A stretch of 64,000 bases of DNA from Oligoflexia bacterium (GTDB lineage: Bacteria > Bdellovibrionota > UBA1018), in the NCBI GenBank assembly GCA_963758495.1, contig CAVWVI010000003.1:1216001-1280000 (forward strand), written 5' to 3'. Position numbers and translations under genes: made by a program. A model generated the notes under the pieces. It saw only the letters and a program-made list of their open reading frames with translations, did no database searches and was not told the DNA's origin. Below, piece by piece: positions 41,601 to 54,200 of the stretch (positions are counted from its first letter, which is position 1; each line of letters begins with the position of its first letter).

Positions 41601-44600
41601 CTTCTTATTCTCTTAAATGGCCAAGTGCTGTCGCTTCCTCCTCAGGACAAGCCCTTACCTCGGATGGCAGTGGCAATCTCAGTTGGACCACTCCTAATAG
41701 CGGATCTGTCACCTCTGTCGCTCTCTCCGCTCCTTCTTTCTTAAGTGTAAGTGGCTCTCCTATCACTTCGAGCGGTACTTTATCGATGAGTCTCGCTACT
41801 CAAACTCAGAACACGATTTTTGCCGCTCCCAATGGAAGCACAGGAGCCCCTGTTTTCAGGGCTCTTGCAGGAGCAGACTTACCTCTTCCTTCATCGAGTA
41901 CTTTGGGAGGTGTTGAAAGCATAGCTTCAGTCTCTCACCAATGGATCAATTCTATCTCCACGAGCGGTGTGCCTAGTTTATCTCAACCTGCTTTCACTGA
42001 CCTCACGGGCACCGCTACTGTAGCTCAAGGCGGTACAGGCACGACTTCTCTCACTTCAAATGGTATCCTCTTAGGAGGCGGAACGGGCGCTATCTCTGCT
42101 ACTGCAACAGGAACTTCTGGACAAGTCCTCACCAGCAATGGCACCAGTGCTCCTACCTTCCAAGCTCTTCCTTCTTCTGTAAGCAGCGTTGGAGCTTCTG
42201 CTCCTCTCGCTTCTTCCGGTGGAACCACTCCTACCATTTCTCTCACTGGAACGATTCCTGTCGCTAATGGTGGTACGGGTTCCGGCACCGCTCTCACCCC
42301 AGGAGGCATTCTCTACGGTAACTCTTCTACTGCTACCGGTACTTCTGCTGCCGGTTCTGCTGGAAACGTCTTAGTCAGCAACGGCGCTTCTGCTCCTTCT
42401 TGGACTGCTACTCCTTCTTTCACTTCGGTTTCTTCTTCGACTTCAATTTCTTCTTCGACTCAAAATTTAAATGGAGCCACTGCCGGGACTCTCTCCCTGA
42501 CTGTTCCTGCTACCGTCACTTCTTATTCTCTTAAATGGCCAAGTGCAGTCGCTTCCTCCGCTGGACAAGCCCTTACCTCGGATGGCAGTGGTAATCTCAG
42601 TTGGACCACTCCTAATAGCGGATCTGTCACCTCTGTCGCTCTCTCCGCTCCTTCGTTCTTAAGTGTAAGTGGCTCTCCTATCACTTCGAGCGGTACTTTA
42701 TCGATGAGTCTTGCGACTCAAACTCAGAACACGATTTTTGCCGCTCCCAATGGAAGCACAGGAGCCCCTGTTTTCAGGGCTCTTGCAGGAGCAGACTTAC
42801 CTAATCCTTCGTCCTCTACATTAGGCGGTATTGAAAGCATAGCTTCAGTCTCTCACCAATGGATCAATTCTATCTCCACGAGCGGTGTGCCTAGTTTATC
42901 TCAACCTGCTTTCACTGACCTCACGGGCACCGCTACTGTAGCTCAAGGCGGTACAGGCACGACTTCTCTCACTTCAAACGGTATCCTCTTAGGAGGCGGA
43001 ACGGGCGCTATCTCTGCTACTGCTACTGGAACTTCTGGACAAGTCCTCACCAGCAATGGCACCAGTGCTCCTACCTTCCAGGCTCTTCCTTCTTCTGTAA
43101 GCAGTGTAGGAGCTTCTGCTCCTCTCGCTTCTTCCGGTGGAACCACTCCGACCATTTCTCTGACTGGAACCATTCCTGTCGCTAATGGCGGTACGGGTTC
43201 TGGCACCGCTCTCACCCCAGGGGGCGTTCTCTACGGCAGCTCTGCTACCGCTTCCGGTTCTTCTGCAGCGGGTTCTGCTGGAAACGTCTTGATCAGCAAC
43301 GGGACTTCTGCTCCTTCTTGGACTGCTACTCCTTCTTTCACTTCGATTTCTGCTCCTTCTCATTTACTCACAGGAGCTACTTCTGGAACTCTCACCATGA
43401 ACGTTCCTGCTACCGTCACTTCTTATTCTCTTAAATGGCCAAGCGCTGTCGCTTCCTCGGGACAAGCCCTCACCTCTGATGCCAGTGGCAATCTCAGTTG
43501 GACCACTCTCAGTAACGGAACCACAAGCGTTGGAGCTCTGGACGGACAAACTGCAAACTCAAATGGCTTAACGATCTCAGGCACAAGTATTTATGCTCAA
43601 AGTGCTTCTGCTTCCAATCCTGGATTAGTGAACACTGCGACACAAACACTTGCAGGTGCTAAAACCTTTAGTTCTGCCCTTACCGCCTCAAACGGTTTCA
43701 GTGTGACAAGTGGAAACGTCGGTATCGGAACGAGTTCTACTTCTCCTATGAGTATTCTGGGTATTTCCAATTGGGGAGTGATCGACGTGATGGGCAATGG
43801 GTCTAACGCTGAAAGCTCTGTGGGTTTTCACTCTTCAAATATTTCAAAAGGAAGTCCAGGACAGTGGTTAATTGGAACTAATATCGGTTCTTCGTCAGGT
43901 GCTAATAACTTCGCTATTTTATCTCAAGGTAATTCCATCATGACAATGCAACAGGCCGGCAACGTCGGCATTGGCACTGCTACACCTGCATACACCCTTG
44001 ATATCAGTGGAACTGGACATATCTCAGGTGCTGTAACATTATCTGCTCTAGGCACGGGTATCGTTCGTGCCAACTCAAGTGGTCTCCTTTCTTCATCTAC
44101 CTTAGCAGGAGCAGACTTACCTCTTCCTTCGTCTAGCTCTTTGGGAGGTGTCCAATCTCTCGCTCCTACCACCAGTAAGTGGATTAATTCTATCTCGACT
44201 AGCGGTGTTCCTACGGCTTCTCAACCTGCTTTCACCGATATCTCTGGCACTGCTACTGTGGCTCAAGGGGGTACAGGCGCTACTTCTCTCACCTCAAACG
44301 GAATCCTCTTAGGAGGCGGGACAGGTGCTATCACGGCTACTGCTACTGGATCTTCTGGACAAGTCCTCACCAGCAATGGCACCAGTGCTCCTACCTTCCA
44401 GGCTCTTCCTTCTTCTGTAAGCAGTGTAGGAGCTTCTGCTCCTCTGGCTTCTTCCGGTGGAACCACTCCGACCATTTCTCTCACTGGAACGATTCCTGTC
44501 GCTAATGGCGGTACGGGTTCTACCGCGGCTCTCACCCCAGGAGGTCTTCTCTACAGCAGCTCTACTACTGCTTCCGGCACCACTGCTGCGGGTTCTTCTG

Positions 44601-47600
44601 GAAATGTCTTAGTCAGCAACGGGGCCTCTGCTCCTTCTTGGACGACTACCCTGAATGTGACCAGTGGCAACGTCGGCATCGGAACGACAAGCCCTGGAGG
44701 GGAACTGGAACTTTTTAACTCCACACAACTTTCCTCTCGGCTCAATCTTACAGGCCAGGAATTTTATAATGCAGGCAATAGCTCAACAAGCGGTATTGCT
44801 TTCCTACTCGGAGTCAATCGTACTAACAATAGACAACTTTGGATTGGTGATAGCGCTGCTATGACGCAGAACTCTACCAATGCCGTATTCCGTCTTCAAA
44901 CCAATTCGGGAGGTGGCATAGTAACAATAGATTCCGTAGGAACAGACGGAATCACGGCTAAGCCATTGGCTATTGGAAATACGGGCGCCAATGTGACTCT
45001 GCTAGGCAACGTCGGTATCGGAACTACCACTCCGAACACTCAGTTTGAAGTTGCATCATCCTCTGGTCCGACCCTCACATTAAACAATACCGGCGATGGG
45101 AGTGCTACGATCCAGTTTCGTACCCTCGGTGGATATACCCCCTCCGCTCAGATCCAAGCAGCTGATGACGGTAATTTTGCTGGCAACATGATGTTCTCGA
45201 CTAAAACCACAGGTAATAGTGGTACTAACCCACTGGCAGAAAGAATGAGGATCACATCCACTGGCAACGTCGGCATTGGAACGACGAGTCCGTCTGGTAT
45301 ACTCGACGTTGCAGGAGGGAATAACAATGCGATGTACGTTCGCGACGGTAGCGGCGGAAACAATGGAACACTCCGGTTCCTTAATTCCGGTGGCACAAAC
45401 TACATCCAAAGCGGTACTTCGACATCCAACAGCAGCGCACCTCTCGTTTTTGCAAGCATGAATAGCGGTACTCCTTGGATGACTATCGCATCAACCGGCA
45501 ACGTCGGCATCGGCACAACAAGTCCTGCATACACCCTTGACGTCAGTGGAACGGGTCGCTTTACAACCAGTCTCACTGCTCCTTCTCATTTACTCACAGG
45601 AAGCACTTCGGGAACTCTCACCATGGCCGTTCCTGCTACCGTCACTTCTTATTCTCTTAAATGGCCAAGTGCTGTCGCTTCCTCCGCTGGACAAGCCCTC
45701 ACCTCGGATGGCAGTGGTAATCTCAGTTGGACCACTCCTAATAGCGGATCTGTCACCTCTGTCGCTCTCTCCGCTCCTTCATTTTTAAGTGTAAGTGGCT
45801 CTCCTATCACTTCGAGCGGTACTTTATCGATGAGTCTTGCGACTCAAACTCAGAACACGATTTTTGCCGCTCCCAATGGAAGCACAGGAGCCCCTGTTTT
45901 CAGGGCTCTTGCAGGAGCAGACTTACCTCTTCCTTCATCGAGTACTTTGGGAGGTGTTGAAAGCATAGCTTCAGTCTCTCACCAATGGATCAATTCTATC
46001 TCCACGAGCGGTGTGCCTAGTTTATCTCAACCTGCTTTCACCGACCTCACGGGCACCGCAACTGTAGCTCAAGGCGGTACAGGTGCTACTTCTCTCACTT
46101 CAAATGGAATCCTCTTAGGAGGCGGAACAGGCTCTATCACTGCTACTGCAACAGGAACTTCTGGACAAGTCCTCACCAGCAATGGCACCAGTGCTCCTAC
46201 CTTCCAAGCTCTTCCTTCTTCTGTGACGAGCGTAGGAGCTTCTGCTCCTCTCGCTTCTTCTGGTGGAACCACTCCTACCATTTCTCTGACTGGAACGATT
46301 CCTGTCGCTAATGGCGGTACGGGATCTGGCACCGCTCTCACCCCAGGGGGCGTTCTCTACGGCAGCTCTGCTACCGCTTCCGGTACTACCTCCGCTGGCA
46401 CCTCTGGAAACGTCTTAATCAGCAACGGCACTTCTGCTCCTTCTTGGACTGCTACTCCTTCTTTCACTTCTATTTCTGCTCCTTCTCATTTACTCACAGG
46501 AGCTACTTCTGGAACTCTCACCATGAACGTTCCTGCTACCGTCACTTCTTATTCTCTTAAATGGCCAAGCGCTGTCGCTTCCTCGGGACAAGCCCTCACC
46601 TCTGATGCCAGTGGAAATCTCAGTTGGACCACTCTGAGTAACGGAACCACAAGCGTTGGCGCTCTGGACGGACAAACTGCAAACTCAAATGGCTTAACGA
46701 TCTCAGGCACAAGTATTTATGCTCAAAGTGCTTCTTCCTCCAATCCAGGATTAATGAACACGACAACACAAACACTTGCAGGTGCCAAAACCTTTAGCTC
46801 TCTCATGACAGGCTCAAACGGCCTTAACGTGACAAGTGGAAACGTCGGTATCGGCACAACGAGTCCGGCTACCGCCCTTCAAGTGAATGGTAGCATTTCT
46901 CAATATGGGGCTGCTGCTGCGAATCAGAGCAGCTACCTTCAAACTAATGCTTCAAATCAAGTCAGCACTACATTATTGAATCCTGGCATTCTCGTTTATG
47001 GTGATACACTCAGTCGTTATGGAATGGATTTGGGTTATAATAATTCCCGCTATCGGAATCGAATTTTCGTGCCAAATGCGAATGATATTTCCTTCGCTAC
47101 CCATGTTGCAGGAACGGTTCCAACCGCACAGTCCAGCTTTACCGAATTAATGACTATTCGAGGGGACTCCGGCAACGTCGGCATCGGCACAACAAGTCCT
47201 GCATACACCCTTGACGTCAGTGGAACGGGTCGCTTTACAACCAGTCTCACGGCTCCTTCTCATTTACTCACAGGAAGCACTTCGGGAACTCTCACCATGG
47301 CCGTTCCTGCTACCGTCACTTCTTATTCTCTTAAATGGCCAAGTGCTGTCGCTTCCTCCGCTGGACAAGCCCTCACCTCGGATGGCAGTGGTAATCTCAG
47401 TTGGACCACTCTGAGTAGTGGATCTGTCACCAGCGTAGGGGCTTCTGCTCCTCTCGCTTCTTCTGGTGGAACCACTCCTACTATTTCTCTCACTGGAACA
47501 ATTCCTGTCGCTAATGGCGGTACAGGCACGACTTCTCTCACTTCAAACGGTATCCTCTTAGGAGGCGGAACAGGCTCTATCACCGCTACTGCTACTGGAA

Positions 47601-49507
47601 CTTCCGGACAAGTCCTCACCAGCAATGGCACCAGTGCTCCTACCTTCCAGGCTCTTCCTTCTTCTGTAAGCAGTGTAGGAGCCTCTGCTCCTCTCGCTTC
47701 TTCCGGTGGAACCACTCCGACCATTTCTCTCACTGGAACGATTCCTGTCGCTAATGGCGGTACGGGTTCTGGCACCGCTCTGACCCCAGGGGGCGTTCTC
47801 TACGGCAGCTCTGCTACCGCTTCCGGTACTACCTCCGCTGGCACCTCTGGAAACGTCTTAATCAGCAACGGCACTTCTGCTCCTTCTTGGACGGCTACCC
47901 CTTCTTTCACTTCGATTTCTGCTCCTTCTCATTTACTCACAGGAAGCACTTCTGGAACTCTCACCATGACCGTTCCTGCTACCGTCACTTCTTATTCTCT
48001 TAAATGGCCAAGTGCTGTCGCTTCCTCCGCTGGACAAGTTCTCTCCTCTGATGGCAGTGGAAATCTCAGTTGGAGCGCTCCTACTAGCGGAATCACAAGC
48101 GTTGGCGCTCTGGACGGAGGCACTGCAAACTCAAATGGCTTAACCATCTCAGGCTCAAGTATTTATGCGCAAAGTGCTTCTGCTACCAATGCAGGATTAG
48201 TGAACACTACGACACAAACACTTGCAGGCGCTAAAACCTTTAGTTCTCTCATGACAGGCTCAAGTGGTCTTAATGTGACAAGTGGCAACGTCGGCATCGG
48301 AACAACAAGTCCTAATAATGCCTTGGAAATAGGTGTAAGTGGCGGAGCTTTGAGCTTCCGCAACACCTCTGGAAACTATACTGCAGTCGGCATGACTTAT
48401 GATTCTACAACCGACACGCTCCAAATCCAAAGTAATAACGGCTCTAGTCAGTTAAATCGGACTAATATGGCGATTGCCCGAACCTCTGGCAACGTCGGCA
48501 TTGGAACTACTGCACCTGCATACAACCTTGACGTAACAGGCACGGGTCGTTACACAAGTGATTTGGCAGTCAACGGCATAGAGCGGCTCACCGGTGCTTT
48601 GGAAGCCGGTGGAAACGTACTCCTTCCAAATAACAGTGGTAGCACTGGTAGTTTTGCCTATAAAATTTATCTAGCTGGATCAAATATTAATGGATCAACA
48701 TATGACGCGAACCACTACCTTTACTCTTCCGGTTCAGCTGGAAACAACATGTTTTTTGGTGAATATGGGGGTAATTTTAACTTCTATGATACTTCCGCCA
48801 ACGCTAATGTCATGACCATCACTGGAGGCAACGTCGGCATTGGAACATCAAGCCCTGGTGGTGAACTCGAGCTTTTCAATTCTACACAAAATTCCTCTCG
48901 GCTCAATCTTACAGGCCAGGAATTTTATAATGCAGGCTATAGCTCAACAAGCGGTATTGCTTTCCTACTCGGAGTCAATCGTACTAACAATAGACAACTT
49001 TGGATTGGTGATAGCGCTGCTATGGCGCAGAGCTCTTCGAATGCCGTATTCCGTCTTCAAACCAACTCGGGGGGAGGCACCGTGACAATAGATTCCGTAG
49101 GAACAGACGGAGTCACGGCTAAGCCATTGGCTGTTGGAAATACGGGCGCCAATCTGACTCTGCAAGGCAACTCCCTCAAAGCTACATCTTTAGGCGGAGG
49201 ATCCGCAAATGGATATGTACGTGCTGACACCAGTGGTAACCTCACATCAGTCAGCAATATCCATGCAGCTACCTGTACAGTAACGACTGCATCTAACGTA
49301 AGTAGCATCTCTTGCCCCGCTAACATGACTGCGATGAGCGGAGGAGCACAATGTATTAATGGAGATAAACAAGTTTTACAGGCCTCTTATCCTACTGGTG
49401 GTAGTTCTAGCTCTGGTCCCACTGGATGGGCCGTCTCCTGCGTGAATTCCACTGCAACGAATACTTTCGAGAACCCTAGCACCATCTGGGTCACTTGCTG
49501 CCTGTAG
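38622..49507 (+). CDS. Giant Ser/Thr/Gly-rich phage-tail-fibre-like adhesin (Bdellovibrio MAT-like), fibre 1, with Cys-rich tip; split near 41010-41060 (ORFs 38622-41105 and 41048-49507; ~3627 aa if repaired)
   Basis: Signal peptide; SYQGQ...IYDPSGTCLLYEE N-terminal domain; VA(N/Q)GGTG, YSLKWP and GNVGIGT repeats; C-terminal CP...SGG..C...GW..SC...CC. Confidence 0.82.
40000..48100 (+). repeat. Intragenic ~900-918-bp near-identical repeat units in fibre 1
   Basis: Equivalent positions at 40205, 41107, 42025 and 42943 (918-bp period after the first), with further copies at 44263, 46069 and ~47500. Confidence 0.9.
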
Positions 49508-49545
49508 AAATTGAAAGCGATGTGAGCTACATCCATCCTGATGCT

Positions 49546-50157
49546 TTATTGTTGGATCACACAACGTACCGAACTATCCTGAAAACTCCTGTGGCCGAGG
49601 TAAATGCCGCCACCATTGCCATAGAAGTAGTAGAAATAAAAAGCATCGGAGGGATGGATCGACGACGACCAAAACCAATTGTTCACCATATCAGGGATTA
49701 CATTACGATCATAATGATTTGGAGCCCCCATCGCTCTTGCTAAAGCCTCGTACTCTTCCCGAGTGGGCAATCTTGCTCCTCCTCCCAAATTTTGACAAAA
49801 CTCCTCTGCGCTAGGTTGATTCATTTTCTTCACAACGAGATCTACTCCACGATCGAAAATACCTCTTCGCTGCTCTCGTTTTGCAGCCCCACTCCAAATC
49901 ACGTTCCCCACTTGATACATGCTCCCAAGCCGAACAAACGCAGGAGTTCCTCGAACTCGCTCATCGTCCTCCCTCACTGGGATCAGCCGCTCTGCTGAAG
50001 GCTGGGCAACAGGAACTCTGAGTGCAGCACCACGATCGGGGTTAGCAGACTTTGCAGCCTCCGAAAGTCGTTCATCCAGGACTAGAACTAACGAGGAAAC
50101 CACTAAAAACCCAAAAAGGATCGATATAAACCTATCTCTTTTCATGCATCGCCTCAA
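49546..50157 (-). CDS. Exported/membrane-anchored DUF1566 (Lcl)/C-type-lectin-fold protein; candidate DGR target
   Basis: A...C......RLPT.EE...L, FWSSS and terminal SVRCV motifs; N-terminal hydrophobic segment. Confidence 0.78.
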   Translation of the reverse strand: MRRCMKRDRFISILFGFLVVSSLVLVLDERLSEAAKSANPDRGAALRVPVAQPSAERLIPVREDDERVRGTPAFVRLGSMYQVGNVIWSGAAKREQRRGIFDRGVDLVVKKMNQPSAEEFCQNLGGGARLPTREEYEALARAMGAPNHYDRNVIPDMVNNWFWSSSIHPSDAFYFYYFYGNGGGIYLGHRSFQDSSVRCVIQQ

Positions 50158-50230
50158 TTCGGTAATCTAACCAAGAGCTTGCTGGCTCGATCCGAACACC
50201 TCTGATCTCCAACGGCTTTTCCATATGCAG

Positions 50231-50933
50231 TTAGACTATCTGGTCCGACCAGAGTTGCTCCAGAAAATACTCTACCGGAAGGATTTCAATTCCCTTCACC
50301 GTCCGATGTGTTGTTTCTCGGCAAACGACGATCCTACGTCTCAATTTCTGCTCTTCCGAAAGAGCAAGGAGCCCTTTTAAATCGTCTTGAATAATCCGCC
50401 GACTTGCTTTCACTTCAATTCCAATTTCGCCGTTGACTAGAAAATCCACTTCAAATCCGCTCTGAGAGCGCCAAAAATTAAGATCTTCGATATTCCGATA
50501 ATCACAATAGGTTTTTAATTCATGAAAGAAATAGGTTTCCAACGATTCCCCAAACTGCGGGGAATTCGACTCTAGAATTTTTATTTTTCTTAAATAATTT
50601 ACAATTCCAATATCAAAAAAATAGAACTTGGAAGTCAGAATAGCCTTACGATTTTGAGTCCGCCGCCAAGGTTCTAGGTTGTATCCAATCAGAGTATCTA
50701 TCAAGATTTGAAAATAATTCTGCACAGTCGAACGGGGAACTGCAGAATCCTGAGAAATCTTCTCACTGCGCAAGTTGAAGATAAATCTCCTCATCCAGCA
50801 AATCAATGATTCTCGCATGGGGGAGTGCACGCTGAATGAGAGAAGTCTTTCCAGTCTGTCGTGGCCCCAAAAGAAAACATGATTTTTGCTTAAGAATAGA
50901 GCCCAAGTCTAATAATCGATGAATATATTCCAT
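50231..50933 (-). pseudogene. AAA_14-DUF4143 gene with internal deletion and frameshift
   Basis: 5' part has Walker A GPRQTGKT and stops at 50763. The 3' part in another frame has KFYFFDIG and EVDFL...IEVK. The Walker B/TGSS region seen in 8796-10007 is absent. Confidence 0.82.
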
Positions 50934-50944
50934 AATCGCCCCGT

Positions 50945-50992
50945 CGCCAACTGATCCGGCATTTATGATCATAATCGCCGGGTTCGTTGGCG
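50945..50992. promoter_or_regulatory. Imperfect palindrome upstream of the AAA-DUF4143 pseudogene
   Basis: CGCCAAC...CCGGC..TTATGATCATAA..GCCGG...GTTGGCG. Confidence 0.5.
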
Positions 50993-51048
50993 CAGGCAAG
51001 CTAAATTTTGAACAAAAGTCATCCGCAATCCTTCTTTTAGTGCATACC

Positions 51049-51092
51049 GGCGCACAGATTACCGTCGAAAAACTTGAATCAATGGATACTTG
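51049..51092. repeat. 44-bp exact copy of an internal mazF segment (62332-62375)
   Basis: GGCGCACAGATTACCGTCGAAAAACTTGAATCAATGGATACTTG at both sites, same orientation. Confidence 0.93.
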
Positions 51093-51227
51093 GCTTCCAA
51101 TAGCCCCTAATGTCTTGACCTCTCAACCAAAACTACACTATTAGACTTTAATTCGAATACACAACCCGTGTCAGACCCTACACAGCTACGCAGTTAGCGT
51201 CAAAATGTTATCCTTTATTTAATAGTT

Positions 51228-54200
51228 ATGAAGGACTTAATAATTCGTCGGAAAATATCCGATATATTCTCAATGAGCGTAAAAGTAGGTCTGTACTTTG
51301 CCTTGTGTTTTGCTTTTTTATCAAATGCGTTCGCGTCACCTATCTCTAACAGCTTCTCCTTTCAAGGTAAGTTCTTGAATAGCGATGGGACGGCGCCCCT
51401 TTTAAGTGTGATTGATTTAACACTGGGGATTTATGATCCGAGCGGGAGCTGCTTACTCTACGAAGAAAAACAAACGGGTCTTGACCTTTCCGTTTCAGGA
51501 GGCATTTTTTCTGTTCAAGTAGGGTCAGCGGTGGGTGCTTCACAACGCGATTCCAATGACCAGGGCCTCAGCATGGATGGAGTCTTTGCGAATACGCCTC
51601 TCCCCATTTTACCAGCCGCTTCACCCAACTGTACAAACGGCTACATTCCGACTGCTACTGATGCCAGAGTACTTCGAGTCACTGTAACCCCAGAGGATAC
51701 TGGAATTCCCACCACTCTGAGTCCCGATCTAGTCCTCGGGTCCACTCCTTATGCAAAGGTTGCAGAATCAGTTCAAGGCATCTTACCTACCGGTTTTGTT
51801 CAAGTCATAGGGAATGTCACTCAGGCCAATCTCACCACCTTAACTGGAGGTGCCACTACTGATGCGAGTTCTTTACATAACCATGACTCTCTCTATGTTA
51901 AATTGGGGACCAATAACCAAAGTTTCAATTTAGGTACCAATACGACTTTAAGTATGGGCAGCTCAAGTACTCTGGGCTTGGGTGCGGGAAGCTTATTAGG
52001 GCTCGGTACTTTCGCCGGCACTCCTACTGGATTAGGAATCTCAAACCAAGGCACAACCTGGTACAATACTTCTACCAATGAAGTTGACTATTGGAATGGC
52101 ACTAGTGCGGTATCTATGGGTGGAACTGGAGCGAGTTCAGTCACTCTGGCAGGAGATGTCACAGGGCCTTCTGGCTCCAATACACTTTCTAGTGTAGGGA
52201 CTCCAGGAACTTATACAAAAGTCACCACGGATTCTAAAGGACGAGTTATCAGTGGTACATCCTTGAGTGCAAGTGACGTAACTACCGCACTTACCTTCAC
52301 TCCTCTCAGCAACACAGGCGCTACGTCTTATTCATTACTGGGAGCCACTTCCGGCACTCTCAGCATGACTGTTCCTGCTACCGTCACTTCTTATTCTCTT
52401 AAATGGCCCAGTGCTGTCGCTTCCTCCGCTGGACAAGCTCTCACTTCCGATGCGAGTGGAAATCTCAGTTGGACTTCTTTAGGTACCGGGTCAGTGAGTT
52501 CGGTCGCTCTCTCCGCTCCTTCGTTCTTAAGCGTCACTGGCTCTCCTATCACTTCCAGTGGTACTTTATCGATGAGTCTCGCTACTCAAACTCAAAACAC
52601 GATCTTCGCCGCTCCCAACGGAAGCTCAGGAACTCCTTCTTTCAGATCTTTAGTGGGAGCAGACTTACCTCTTCCTTCATCCAGCTCTTTGGGAGGCGTT
52701 CAATCTCTCACTCCTACAAGCAGTAAGTGGATTAATTCTATTTCGACTAGCGGTGTTCCTACGGCTTCTCAACCTGCTTTCACCGATATCTCTGGCACTG
52801 CCACTGTAGCTCAAGGCGGTACAGGTGCTACTTCTCTCACTTCAAACGGTATCCTCTTAGGAGGCGGAACAGGCGCTATCACGGCTACTGCAACGGGGAC
52901 CTCTGGACAAGTCCTCACCAGCAACGGCACCAGTGCTCCTACCTTTCAAACTCTTGCTTCTTCTGTCACCAGCGTAGGAGCTTCTGCTCCGCTCGCTTCT
53001 TCCGGTGGAACCACTCCTACCATTTCTCTCACTGGAACGATTCCTGTCGCTAATGGGGGTACGGGATCTGCCACAGCTCTCACCCCAGGCGGTATTCTCT
53101 ACGGTAACTCTTCTACTGCTACCGGTACTTCTGCTGCCGGTTCTGCTGGAAACGTCTTGATCAGCAACGGCGCTTCTGCTCCTTCTTGGACCGCTACTCC
53201 TTCTTTCACTTCGGTTTCTTCTTCGACTTCAGTTTCTTCTTCGACTCAAAATTTAAATGGAGCCACTGCCGGGACTCTCTCCCTGACTGTCCCTGCTACC
53301 GTCACTTCTTATTCTCTTAAATGGCCCAGTGCTGTCGCTTCCTCCGCTGGACAAGCCCTCACCTCGGATGCCAGTGGGAATCTCAGTTGGACTTCTTTAC
53401 AGACTTCGGGAAATTACGTCACAACCGTGGGATCTTTTGACGGACAAACTGCAAACTCAAATGGCTTAACGATCTCAGGTACAAGCATTTATGCACAAAG
53501 CGCTTCTTCTACTAACCCAGGATTAGTGAACACTACGACACAAACTTTTGCAGGTGCTAAAACCTTTAGCTCAACCATTACTGGAACGACTTCTGGAAAC
53601 ACCACTTACACAGCAAACCAATACGGGGTGGTTCTCAGCGGTTCTGGAAATGCGATGAATGTATTGGCTCCTAACTCCTCCACCTCACTTCCTTTCATCA
53701 GCGGAGGTTCCTCAGCTAATCCTTCTTGGGGAGTCTTAAGCGTGGCCGGCGGTGGAACAGGCGCTACTTCTCTCACCTCAAACGGCATCCTCTTAGGAGG
53801 CGGAACAGGCTCTATCACGGCTACTGCAACTGGATCTACAGGACAAGTCCTCACCAGCAATGGCACCAGTGCTCCTTCCTTCCAAGCTCTTCCTTCTTCT
53901 GTAACGAGCGTTGGGGCTTCTGCTCCTCTCGCTTCTTCCGGTGGAACCACTCCTACCATTTCTCTGACTGGAACGATTCCTGTCGCTAATGGTGGTACGG
54001 GATCTGCCACAGCTCTCACCCCAGGAGGCATTCTCTACGGTAACTCTTCTACTGCTTCCGGTACTTCTGCTGCCGGTTCTGCTGGAAACGTCTTGATCAG
54101 CAACGGAGCTTCTGCTCCTTCTTGGACTGCTACTCCTTCTTTCACTTCGATTTCTGCTTCTTCTTATTCACTGTCAGGAAACACTTCTGGTACTGTCACC

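Noticed and set aside
49500..51200. Complete DGR cassette
   Set aside because: No reverse transcriptase, Avd or template repeat was seen in the window; only a candidate target is reported.
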